Assembly (NCBI GenBank): GCA_046296035.1
Contig: JBKBLZ010000001.1
Location: 105,336-169,335, forward strand
Direction: 5' to 3'
DNA: 64,000 nucleotides
From: Erythrobacter sp.
GTDB taxonomy: Bacteria > Pseudomonadota > Alphaproteobacteria > Sphingomonadales > Sphingomonadaceae
Shown: piece after piece, positions 12,079-20,721 of the stretch
Layout: every line of letters begins with the position of its first letter
How positions within the stretch are numbered: position 1 is the stretch's first letter
Notes under the pieces: generated by a model
What the model saw: the letters and a program-made list of their open reading frames with translations, nothing else
Databases searched by the model: none
What the model was told of the DNA's origin: nothing
Position numbers and translations under genes: made by a program

Positions 12079-14142
12079 ATGCGCCCCGAGGCCCTCAACC
12101 CGCTGTTTGCTGAAGTCCAGACGCTCGAAGGGGTCGGGCCGAAGCTGCTGAAGCCGCTCGAGAAGCTCGGCCTCGCGCGGGTCAAGGATGTCGCCTATCA
12201 CCTGCCCGAACGTTTCGTCAGCAGGCGGGCGATTGCCGATCTGGATGACGGCAATGAAGGCGAGCAGGTGATTGTCGCGCTCACCCCGGTCGAACACCGC
12301 GCGCCGCGCGCCGGGGGGCGCGGGCCGTATCGGGTGCTGGCGCAGGATGGGGCGGGCAATGTCTGCGCGCTGACGTGGTTTGGCAAGGCGGCCTACAGCG
12401 CGAGGAAACTGCTCCCGGTGGGCGAGCGGCGCTGGGTGGCCGGGCGGCTCGATCGCTATGGCGATATGCTCCAGATCGTCCATCCCGATCACATCGAGGT
12501 GGAAAGCGCGGCCAGCATGGGCCGCCTGTCGGAGCCGGTCTATCCCCTGTCCGAAGGCCTTACCCAGCCGCGGATCGCCGAGCTCGTGCGGCAGGCGCTC
12601 ATGCGGCTGCCCGAGCTGCCCGAATGGATCGACCCGGGCCAGCGGGCGCAGGCCGGCTGGCCGGCGTGGGCAGCGGCCTTGCGGCTGGCGCACGAGAGCA
12701 GCGATGAAACGGCACGCGACCGCCTGGCCTATGACGAATTGCTCGCCAACAGCCTCGCCCTGCTGCTGGTCAAGGCGGAAGGCCGCAGGCGGCGCGGGCA
12801 GGCGCTGGTGGGTGACGGCGGCCTGAGGGCCAAGCTGCAACTGCCGTTTACCCTTACCGGCGCACAGCAACGCGCGATCGCCGAGATCGCAGGCGACATG
12901 GCGCAGGAAGCGCCGATGCTGCGGCTGCTGCAAGGCGATGTCGGCGCGGGCAAGACCGTGGTGGCATTGCATGCCATGCTGATTGCGGTCGAGGCGGGCA
13001 GGCAGGCGGCGCTGCTCGCCCCCACCGAAATCCTCGCCCGTCAGCACTTTGAAACCCTGCGCAAGATGCTCGGCCCAACGGGTGTCGAGATAGCGCTGCT
13101 GACCGGGCGGGCCAAGGGGCGCGAGCGCGAAAGCATTCTGATCGGGCTGCTTGATGGCTCGATCCCGCTGCTGGTGGGCACCCACGCGATCTTCCAGGAT
13201 AGGGTGGCTTATCGCGATCTCGGCCTGGTGGTGATCGACGAGCAGCACCGTTTCGGGGTGGCGCAGCGGCTGGCGCTGGCGGGCAAGGGCCGCCGCGCGC
13301 CGCATACGCTGGCGATGACCGCGACCCCGATCCCGCGTTCGCTGACTCTGGCGCACTATGGCGAGATGGATGTGAGCCGCCTTGATGAACTTCCCCCCGG
13401 GCGGCAGGTGATCGACACCCGCGTGATCCTGCAAGAACGGATGGAGGAAGTGATCGAAGGCCTCGCCCGCCATCTTGCCAGCGGGCAACAGGCCTACTGG
13501 GTGTGCCCGATGGTGCACGACAGCGAAGTGGCCGATATCGCCGCGGCCGAGGCGCGTCATGCGGCGCTCAAGGAGCGTTTCGGAGCCGATGTGGTTCTGG
13601 TCCACGGCCAGCTCCGGCCCGAGATCAGGGACGCGAACATGGAGCGCTTTGCCAGCGGTCAGGCCAAGCTGCTGGTGGCCACCACGGTGATCGAGGTCGG
13701 GGTCGATGTGCCCGCGGCAACGCTGATGGTGATCGAACAGGCCGAACGCTTCGGGCTTGCCCAGCTGCACCAGTTGCGCGGGCGGGTGGGGCGCGGCGCT
13801 GAGAAATCGGTTTGTCTGCTGCTGCGCGGCGGGGCCTTGTCAGAGACCGCGCGCGCGCGGCTGGCGCTGATGCGCGATACGCAGGACGGGTTCCGCATCG
13901 CCGAGGAGGATCTTGCGCTGCGCGGCGGGGGCGAGCTGCTCGGCACACGGCAATCGGGCGAGGCAGCCTTCCGGATCGCCAGCCTCGAACAGGTGCAGCG
14001 GCTGCTGACCGCGGCCCACGCCGATGCGCGGCTGTTGATGGAGCGTGACGGCGGGCTCACCAGCGCGCGGGGCGAGGCGGCGCGCTTGCTGCTCTATCTG
14101 TTTGAGCGCGACTGGGGCGTGCAGCTGTTGCGCGGGGGCTAG
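12079..14142 (+). CDS. recG: ATP-dependent DNA helicase RecG
   Basis: [58 protein letters not shown]. Confidence 0.98.
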   Translation: MRPEALNPLFAEVQTLEGVGPKLLKPLEKLGLARVKDVAYHLPERFVSRRAIADLDDGNEGEQVIVALTPVEHRAPRAGGRGPYRVLAQDGAGNVCALTWFGKAAYSARKLLPVGERRWVAGRLDRYGDMLQIVHPDHIEVESAASMGRLSEPVYPLSEGLTQPRIAELVRQALMRLPELPEWIDPGQRAQAGWPAWAAALRLAHESSDETARDRLAYDELLANSLALLLVKAEGRRRRGQALVGDGGLRAKLQLPFTLTGAQQRAIAEIAGDMAQEAPMLRLLQGDVGAGKTVVALHAMLIAVEAGRQAALLAPTEILARQHFETLRKMLGPTGVEIALLTGRAKGRERESILIGLLDGSIPLLVGTHAIFQDRVAYRDLGLVVIDEQHRFGVAQRLALAGKGRRAPHTLAMTATPIPRSLTLAHYGEMDVSRLDELPPGRQVIDTRVILQERMEEVIEGLARHLASGQQAYWVCPMVHDSEVADIAAAEARHAALKERFGADVVLVHGQLRPEIRDANMERFASGQAKLLVATTVIEVGVDVPAATLMVIEQAERFGLAQLHQLRGRVGRGAEKSVCLLLRGGALSETARARLALMRDTQDGFRIAEEDLALRGGGELLGTRQSGEAAFRIASLEQVQRLLTAAHADARLLMERDGGLTSARGEAARLLLYLFERDWGVQLLRGG

Positions 14143-14170
14143 CGCACTTTGTGACAAGCCGGAACGCGCT

Positions 14171-14671
14171 CTAAAGGAGAAGGCCAACGCCTGCTTGCAC
14201 GAAGCGGGCGACGAGCGCTTCGGTCGCGGCGGCGATTTCGTCCCAGACCCGCGCGAACAGGGCTTCGTCGCCGTAATATGGGTCGATCACCGGGCTGCCC
14301 TCGCGGCCTTCGAGCGCGTCCATCAGCAGCGCGACGCGGGCCGTGGCATCGCGCGGGGACTGGGCACGGATACCGGCGAGGTTGGCTTCGTCCATCGCGA
14401 TGATGTGGGTGAAGTGGTAGAAATCATTGCGCATGATCCGGCGCGCGAGCTGGTTGCCGATCTCCACCCCGTGGCGGCGGGCGGCGGCAATGGCGCGGGG
14501 ATCGGGCGCCTGGCCGATGTGATAGGCAGCAGTGCCGGCTGAATCCACCTCGCATGCCAGCCCGGCACGCATCGCTGCCGCGCGAAACGCGCCCTCGGCC
14601 ATCGGTGACCGGCAGATATTGCCGAGACACACAAACAGCACGCGCACATCATGATGACCCGCCCCATCCAT
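14171..14671 (-). CDS. Low-molecular-weight protein-tyrosine phosphatase
   Basis: P-loop VCLGNICRSPMAE, DSAGT, DPYYG. Confidence 0.95.
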   Translation of the reverse strand: MDGAGHHDVRVLFVCLGNICRSPMAEGAFRAAAMRAGLACEVDSAGTAAYHIGQAPDPRAIAAARRHGVEIGNQLARRIMRNDFYHFTHIIAMDEANLAGIRAQSPRDATARVALLMDALEGREGSPVIDPYYGDEALFARVWDEIAAATEALVARFVQAGVGLLL

Positions 14672-15017
14672 CGCGGGCGCATATAGCATAAATCGAGCGG
14701 CTGAAAAGATTGCACTTTTTGAACGTTTTCTGTCCCGGGCCGGGGCAAATCGGTGCTGCGGCAGCACGGTTTGGCAGGTTGGATACATGGCGCCGCCGCC
14801 AGCGGCAACGCGCGCTTTATCAGGAACCCGACATCCACCCGCTGTGCGCCGCCGGCACCTTCCCTGTTTACTGCCGTTGTCGAAGGCTTGTGGCTTTCAT
14901 TCGAACTACCCGGGTTCGGGATGGGGCGGTATGACACTCCGGCCAGGCATTTCGGCCATCTGTCCCACGAGATGCGGCGCGCCGCGCGGCGGGTGGGGCA
15001 AGATTTCCGGCTGGCGC

Positions 15018-16394
15018 CTAGCCGACGGGCATCGCAGCGGTGTGCGCCAGCACCTCCTCGGTAATCCGGCGGAGATTGACCTTGGCCTTCAATCGCGCGC
15101 CCAGCAGCGCCGTGCCCGACACCTTGCGTTGCACGAACAGCGTCTCGATCGGCGGAAAGGCCCAGGTGTCCTTGTCTTGCGCGATGGCCCAGCCTTCCTC
15201 GCGCAGCAGCGGGATGAAGGCCCGATCCCCGAAGTCGAACGGGGCATCGGCGCGCATTTCATTGATGACGATATCGATCATCCGGTTGACCCGCGCGGGG
15301 TGCTTTTCGGCGACGATCGGCATCATGAACCCGGCCTCGATCGTGGCGGCGAGCACCTGTTCGGCATCGCCGCGCAGACCGGCCTCGAGCATCCGGCGAT
15401 AGCCGTTGGCGACTGCCGGATCGACCGGGCGACAAGCACCGAAATCGAGCAGCACGATCTCGCCGGTCTCGCGCCGGTAGCGAAAATTGGCGAAGTTGGG
15501 ATCGGTCTGCATCACGCCGAAATCGAACAATTCGCGCGCCACCAGGCGGATCAGCCGGCCGAAGACTGCGTCGCGCCGTTCGGGGCTTTCGTTGCCCAGC
15601 TCCTCGATCGAAACGCCGTCTTCAAAACTCATCGCGAGGATCGATCCGCGGGTCAGTCCTTCGTGCAGGGTTGGCACGACGAAGCCCTGCACCCCCGCCA
15701 GCTGCTCGCGGTAAAGCGCCATCTGCGCGCCTTCGCGCTGGTAATCGGCTTCCTCGTGGAGCTGCTGCTTGGCCGCCGCCAGCAGCTTGTCCATTTCCAG
15801 TTCGGGCGGGGCGAAACCGGCGAGCTTGAGCAGCGTCATGACGTTATCGACATCGGAATCGATGCTTTTCGCGACGCCAGGATACTGCACCTTGATCGCC
15901 AGCTCCTCGCCATCGCGGGTCAGCGCCTTGTGCACCTGGCCGATCGAGGCGGCGGCGATGGGGCGGGGGTTGAACCAGCGGAACTGCTTGCGCCAATCCG
16001 GCCCCCACTCGCTCTTGAGAACCTGATCGAGCTGCCGGGTCGGCATGAAATTGGCCTGATCGCGCAAGGTGGCAAGGATCTTCGACAGCTCCGGCGGCAG
16101 GAAATCGCCCGCATCGAGGCTGATCATCTGCCCCATCTTCATCGCCGCGCCGCGCAGGTGGCTGAGGCGGTCCGTCAGGCGCTGGACATTGCCGGGGGTC
16201 AGAATCAGGTCGCGCGCCGAGATATTCTCGCCGCTCGCCAGCCGCCGCGCACCTTCGGCCACCATCCCGCCAGCCACGCCGCCAACCAGCTTGCCGAAGG
16301 TGCCAAAGCGCGCCATCCGCCCCGCCGGCACCGCCTTCTGGCGGGCGCGGTCTTCGGGCAGATCGGCAAAGTCGGGAATAGGATCATCGGCCAC
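15018..16394 (-). CDS. AarF/ABC1/UbiB-family atypical protein kinase
   Basis: LRGAAMKMGQ, AAASIGQVH, AIKVQYPG, QTDPNFAN, LLDFGA. Confidence 0.93.
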   Translation of the reverse strand: MADDPIPDFADLPEDRARQKAVPAGRMARFGTFGKLVGGVAGGMVAEGARRLASGENISARDLILTPGNVQRLTDRLSHLRGAAMKMGQMISLDAGDFLPPELSKILATLRDQANFMPTRQLDQVLKSEWGPDWRKQFRWFNPRPIAAASIGQVHKALTRDGEELAIKVQYPGVAKSIDSDVDNVMTLLKLAGFAPPELEMDKLLAAAKQQLHEEADYQREGAQMALYREQLAGVQGFVVPTLHEGLTRGSILAMSFEDGVSIEELGNESPERRDAVFGRLIRLVARELFDFGVMQTDPNFANFRYRRETGEIVLLDFGACRPVDPAVANGYRRMLEAGLRGDAEQVLAATIEAGFMMPIVAEKHPARVNRMIDIVINEMRADAPFDFGDRAFIPLLREEGWAIAQDKDTWAFPPIETLFVQRKVSGTALLGARLKAKVNLRRITEEVLAHTAAMPVG

Positions 16395-16462
16395 GGGGAG
16401 GGGGTTTTCCGGCTGTGAGAGGTTTCGCCTAGGCAACGGTCGGGCAGCTTTGCCGTTCCCCC

Positions 16463-17236
16463 TCAGGAAATGCACAACCCGCCATCAACCGGCAGGCATT
16501 GGCCGGTGATATAATCCGAATGTGGCGAGGCAAAAAACACCGCCAGCCCCTCCAGCCCGGCATGGTCGCCCGGACGGCGCAGCGGGATCCGGCGGCTCAT
16601 CCATTCGGCGAATCTGGGATCGGCCCTGGCGGTGATGTCGGTTTCGTAATAGCCAAAAAGCAGGGCATTGGCAGTGATCCGGTAGCGCGCCAGCTCGAAG
16701 GCAGCAGCGCGGGTGAGGCCATTGAGAGCCGCTTTCGAAGCGGCATAATCGGACGAGCGGTTGACCCCCATGATCGACTGGCCCGAGGAGGTGGCGATCA
16801 GCTTGCCGCCGCCATCGCCCTCCTTGGCGCGCGCGATCATGTGGCGGGTGACGTGCTTGTAAACCAGCGCCGCGCCGCGAGTGTTGATCGCCATGGTGCG
16901 ATCCCAGCCTTCGGCGGTGATGTCGGGAATGGCCGTGCCGGCACCCGCAATCCCGGCATTGGCAAAGCACGCGTCGATGCGCCCGAGCGCACCGAGGGTC
17001 TGCTCCAACGCCAGCGCAATGGCGGCTTCGTCGGCCACGTCACAGGTCAGCGCCAGCACCTCGCCTTTGCCGAGGCCGCGCAATTCTGCCACCGCGGCGG
17101 CGTTCTTGTCGGCATTGCGTGCCCAGATCGCGACATTGGCGCCCGCTTTGGCAAGCCCACGCCCTATGGCGAGGCCGATTCCTCCATTGCCTCCAGTGAT
17201 GATGGCCGTGCGCCCAGACAGATCGAACAGTTCCAT
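16463..17236 (-). CDS. Short-chain dehydrogenase/reductase
   Basis: TGGNGGIG, FANAG, YAASK catalytic motif, VDGG. Confidence 0.95.
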   Translation of the reverse strand: MELFDLSGRTAIITGGNGGIGLAIGRGLAKAGANVAIWARNADKNAAAVAELRGLGKGEVLALTCDVADEAAIALALEQTLGALGRIDACFANAGIAGAGTAIPDITAEGWDRTMAINTRGAALVYKHVTRHMIARAKEGDGGGKLIATSSGQSIMGVNRSSDYAASKAALNGLTRAAAFELARYRITANALLFGYYETDITARADPRFAEWMSRRIPLRRPGDHAGLEGLAVFFASPHSDYITGQCLPVDGGLCIS

Positions 17237-17312
17237 GCTTGCCAAGTGGCGCAAACCGGCAGGTGAGGCAAGCGCTGCGGGAACCGCCGCGCGCGCGAGG
17301 CTTTAAGGCGGG

Positions 17313-17789
17313 ATGGACGACACAACATCGCTTTCCCCGGCCGCCCGCGCTCTGGGGTATGCCGGGCTGCTGCCTCAGTTCCTGTGCCTTGCCATGGTGC
17401 TGACCGGCCATGAATGGCGCTATTGCGCGCTTGCCGGAGGCTTTGCCTATGCTGCGGCGATCTTCAGCTTCCTTGGGGGCGTGTGGTGGGGACAGGCGGT
17501 GCAGAGCGGGCGTGCAACCGCCGGTGCCTATGTGCTGGCCGTGCTGCCGAGCCTGATCGCGGCGGGGCTGTTTCTGCCGTGGACCTTTGGTTGGGAATGG
17601 CCCGGTCCGGCGCTGCTCTATCTCGGCGCGCTGATCGCCCTGTCGCCGATGATCGACCGTGCGCTTGGCTTTGCTGCCCCCGATTTCCTGCGGCTGCGCT
17701 GGCATCTCTCGTTCGGCCTCGGCGGTCTGACCATCGCGCTCGGACTGCTTTCGCGCCAGGTGGTCGATCCGTCGCTCGGCGGGTTGTGA
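17313..17789 (+). CDS. DUF3429-like membrane protein
   Basis: LGYAGLLP and YAAAIFSFLGGVWWG motifs, several transmembrane segments. Confidence 0.8.
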   Translation: MDDTTSLSPAARALGYAGLLPQFLCLAMVLTGHEWRYCALAGGFAYAAAIFSFLGGVWWGQAVQSGRATAGAYVLAVLPSLIAAGLFLPWTFGWEWPGPALLYLGALIALSPMIDRALGFAAPDFLRLRWHLSFGLGGLTIALGLLSRQVVDPSLGGL

Positions 17790-17897
17790 TGCACCGGGCA
17801 GCCGGCGTGGCCAAGGATGGCAGCCAATCGTTGGCGATGAATTAACCATTCCATCCTAGCAAAGGCAGGTGTTTCATGAACGGACCTGCCACGCGCG

Positions 17898-20261
17898 ATG
17901 ATTGCCGGACTGCCATCACTGTCTGCACTGCTGCGCCGCGACCGTGGGCCAGCGGCGATTGATGTGTCCGACACGTCTGAGGACAAGACATTCAAATCGG
18001 GCGAGAACCTGCTGCGTCGCAAGCGCCTGAAAGTGGCGATCTTCGCAATCCTGTTCGGGATTTTCTCGGCTGCGATCGACCTGCCGCTGCCCGCCGAAGA
18101 CGCGTTGCGGTTGGTCCGCGCGCAATTGCGAATGCGACCCGCGCCGCAGGATATCGTCATGATCGCAATCGATGATGCGACGCTAAACGAGCTTCGCGTA
18201 CGCTCGCCCAGTCGCAAAGACGATGCCGACGTTATTGATCATCTGATCAAGGCTGGGGTCAAAAAGATCGTGTTCGATAACGCCCATGCCGATCCATCAA
18301 CCCCGCAGGCCGACGCAGCACTGGCCGGTGCGCTTGAACGGCATCCGGGCAAGGTGTGGCTGGGGATGGCGCCGGATAGGGACATGGGATTTCAAAAGAC
18401 CGCCGAGATCCTGCCGAATAAAGCATTCCGGGATCGGGCCGGGATCGCCTCGATGTATGGCGAGGCGGCGCCGTTCGGCCTGTCGGTGAAATTTCCGACC
18501 CGGGTCGTGCTGCACGGTGAAGCCTATCCCGGTATCTCGGCCGTTCTGGCAGGCTATGACGGGCCGCCGATCAGCTATCGGCCGGACTTCGCCTTCAATC
18601 CGGGCCATGTGCCGACCTACCGCTATATCGATATCCTGCGCGGACGGGTTCCTGCCCGTGAACTGGCAGGTAAGAATGTGATCATCGGCAAGACCTATCT
18701 GGCCACCACCGACGTGTTCCGCCATCCGATCTATGGCCGCGTGCCCGGTGCCTATTACCATATTATGGGGGCCCATACGCTTAAGCAGGGCGCGCCGCGC
18801 GATCTGATGTGGTTCCCGGCGGTGCTGGTGGCCGCGATTGCCATTGCGGTGCCGGCACTGGGGCGATCGCGATCGTCGCAGCCGTTGTGGATCGCCGCCA
18901 TCTTCCTGATTGTGGCATCTTTCGTGCTCGATGAGTTCAGCATAAACCTCGACATCATGTCAGGGCTGCTGGCAGTTGGCGGGGCCGCGTTCGGTTTCCA
19001 GCGCCTCAAACGCAAGTATTACAGCGGCGAAGTTGATGCGATGACGACCACTGCGCTCGGCCTCGACAAGGCCAGCGCCGAGCTCGATGTCTATGCACTC
19101 AAGATCGCCAAGCTTGACGAAATGTCGGAAGACTGGAGCCAGCGCGATCTGGGCGAGTTCGTCAACACGCTGATCTCCTATATCAAGGGTCCGGGTGTGG
19201 CGGGCGACGTCGCCTTCGAGCGCGATTCGCTGGTATGGCTCGCGCCGCGGATGGACGCTGTCAGCCTCGAACGCCACGCCGATGGCCTCGCGCTGATGCT
19301 CAAAACCACGATCAGCCACGACTGGCAGTCGGCCAGCAGCACTCCTGCAATCGGGATCGACACCAACTATGCCCTGCCGCTAGGCCAGCGCATCAAAAAG
19401 GCGATGCAGGTCGCCGACGAAGCCGCCAGCCGCGGTGCGCGCTTCATCATCAACGATGCCGCCCACCTTGAAGCGCGCAACCAGCGGCTCGAGATCATCC
19501 GTGTGCTGGAAAAGGGCCTGCGCGATCGCGACATCGGCATCGCCTATCAGCCCAAGATTGAGCTCGCCACGGGCCGGATCGTTGGGGCCGAAACGCTGAT
19601 CCGCTGGAAGCCGGACGGTTATGAGCCGGTCAATCCGCAGGAACTGGTGCTCGCCGCCGAAGCGACCGACCGGATCAGCGAGTTGACCCTGATCGTGATG
19701 GAAGCCGCGCTGCGTGACGGGCGCATGGCAATTGCGCTCGATCCTCGCTTCAAGCTCGCGGTCAACATGTCGGCCAAAAGCCTGAGCGACACGAACCTGC
19801 TGTTCGAAATCATGACAATGCTCGGACGAATCGGTTTTCCGGCCGAGAACCTGACGCTCGAGCTGACCGAGACCGCCAAGCTCGAGGACCAGTTGATCGC
19901 GCCGCAAATTGCCGCACTCAAGGCACGCGGGATGGGCCTTTCGATCGATGATTTCGGCACGGGCCAGTCGAACCTCGAATATCTCGAGAAGCTGCCGAGC
20001 ACGGAGCTCAAGATTGACAAGAAGTTCGTCCAGCAGATGGCTACCTCCGAAGAAAGCCGGGCGGTCGTGCGCGCAACGATCGAGATTGCCCATTCGCTTG
20101 GCAAGGTGGTGGTGGCCGAAGGGGTTGAAACGGAGGCGGTTGCCGCGAAGCTGCGCGCCATGGGATGCGACCAGGCGCAGGGCTATCTGTTCTCGCGCGC
20201 GATCACGATGCCCGAGCTGATCGCCATGATGGGGAACGGAAAAATCGTAGTTAACGGTTGA
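17898..20261 (+). CDS. Membrane CHASE2 sensor - degenerate GGDEF - EAL phosphodiesterase
   Basis: N-terminal TM; CHASE2 signatures DIVMIAIDDATL, DAALAGAL, LAGKNVIIG, VPGAYYH; three TMs; linker lacking GGDEF; EAL domain YQPK, AETLIRW, AVNMS, LELTE, SIDDFGTG, LKIDK, VAEGVE, AQGY; start codon uncertain. Confidence 0.9.
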   Translation: MIAGLPSLSALLRRDRGPAAIDVSDTSEDKTFKSGENLLRRKRLKVAIFAILFGIFSAAIDLPLPAEDALRLVRAQLRMRPAPQDIVMIAIDDATLNELRVRSPSRKDDADVIDHLIKAGVKKIVFDNAHADPSTPQADAALAGALERHPGKVWLGMAPDRDMGFQKTAEILPNKAFRDRAGIASMYGEAAPFGLSVKFPTRVVLHGEAYPGISAVLAGYDGPPISYRPDFAFNPGHVPTYRYIDILRGRVPARELAGKNVIIGKTYLATTDVFRHPIYGRVPGAYYHIMGAHTLKQGAPRDLMWFPAVLVAAIAIAVPALGRSRSSQPLWIAAIFLIVASFVLDEFSINLDIMSGLLAVGGAAFGFQRLKRKYYSGEVDAMTTTALGLDKASAELDVYALKIAKLDEMSEDWSQRDLGEFVNTLISYIKGPGVAGDVAFERDSLVWLAPRMDAVSLERHADGLALMLKTTISHDWQSASSTPAIGIDTNYALPLGQRIKKAMQVADEAASRGARFIINDAAHLEARNQRLEIIRVLEKGLRDRDIGIAYQPKIELATGRIVGAETLIRWKPDGYEPVNPQELVLAAEATDRISELTLIVMEAALRDGRMAIALDPRFKLAVNMSAKSLSDTNLLFEIMTMLGRIGFPAENLTLELTETAKLEDQLIAPQIAALKARGMGLSIDDFGTGQSNLEYLEKLPSTELKIDKKFVQQMATSEESRAVVRATIEIAHSLGKVVVAEGVETEAVAAKLRAMGCDQAQGYLFSRAITMPELIAMMGNGKIVVNG

Positions 20262-20282
20262 TTAAGGTTAATTTTGTGTTAA
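20250..20282. promoter_or_regulatory. Two tandem CtrA-binding boxes
   Basis: Minus strand reads TTAA-TCAACCG-TTAAC (20250-20265) and TTAA-CACAAAA-TTAAC (20267-20282), both exact matches to the CtrA consensus TTAA-N7-TTAAC. Confidence 0.8.
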
Positions 20283-20316
20283 GACCGATCTTGGTATCAC
20301 ACCAAAGGAGGTCGTT

Positions 20317-20376
20317 ATGGACATTTTCAAGGGCATCTGGGCTTGGTGCATCGAGCTTTTCGGCACCCGCAACTAA
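20317..20376 (+). CDS. Unannotated 19-aa small peptide MDIFKGIWAWCIELFGTRN
   Basis: AAAGGAGGT Shine-Dalgarno at 20304-20312, ATG 20317, TAA 20374-20376, mostly C/G-ending codons, terminator 18 nt downstream. Confidence 0.75.
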   Translation: MDIFKGIWAWCIELFGTRN

Positions 20377-20394
20377 GTTCTGCCAATTTTCACG

Positions 20395-20421
20395 AAAGCC
20401 CCGGAAAACCGGGGCTTTTTT
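20395..20421 (+). terminator. Rho-independent terminator, possibly bidirectional with tRNA-Pro
   Basis: AAAGCCCCGG-AAAA-CCGGGGCTTT-TTT. Confidence 0.9.
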
Positions 20422-20532
20422 GATTCCGGCGACCGATTCGCGCCGCTTTGCAAGCAGTTCAAGCGCGGCCCTTGCCCGCAATGCGCGAGCGACCACGTAA
20501 AGCTTTCCCGACGAGGATTGCGCAGAATCGAA

Positions 20533-20609
20533 TGGTCGGGGAGAGAGGATTCGAACCTCCGGCCCCTGCCTCCCGAAGACAGTGCTCTACCAGGCTGAGC
20601 TACTCCCCG
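20533..20609 (-). tRNA. tRNA-Pro(CGG)
   Basis: Reverse complement CGGGGAGTAGCTCAGCCTGGTAGAGC...CTGTCTTCGGGAGGCAG...GGTTCGAATCC...CCCCGACCA. Confidence 0.97.
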
Positions 20610-20721
20610 ACCGTGTCGGCTCCGCAAGGGCAAAACCCCGCTGCGGATCGAGGCAAGGCGCGCCCTATAGGTGTGGATTAGGCCAGTGGCAAGCGGACAA
20701 TTGCAGCTTATAGTCGCCGCT

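Noticed and set aside
20251-20496. Minus-strand 81-aa ORF resembling a recombinase C-terminal tail or att remnant (KKAPVFRGF...LVAGA) next to tRNA-Pro
   Set aside because: It has no RBS or recombinase body, its 'motif' is the terminator hairpin read in reverse, and no duplicated tRNA-Pro 3' end was found. The plus-strand SD-ATG peptide explains the region better, though a relic cannot be fully excluded.
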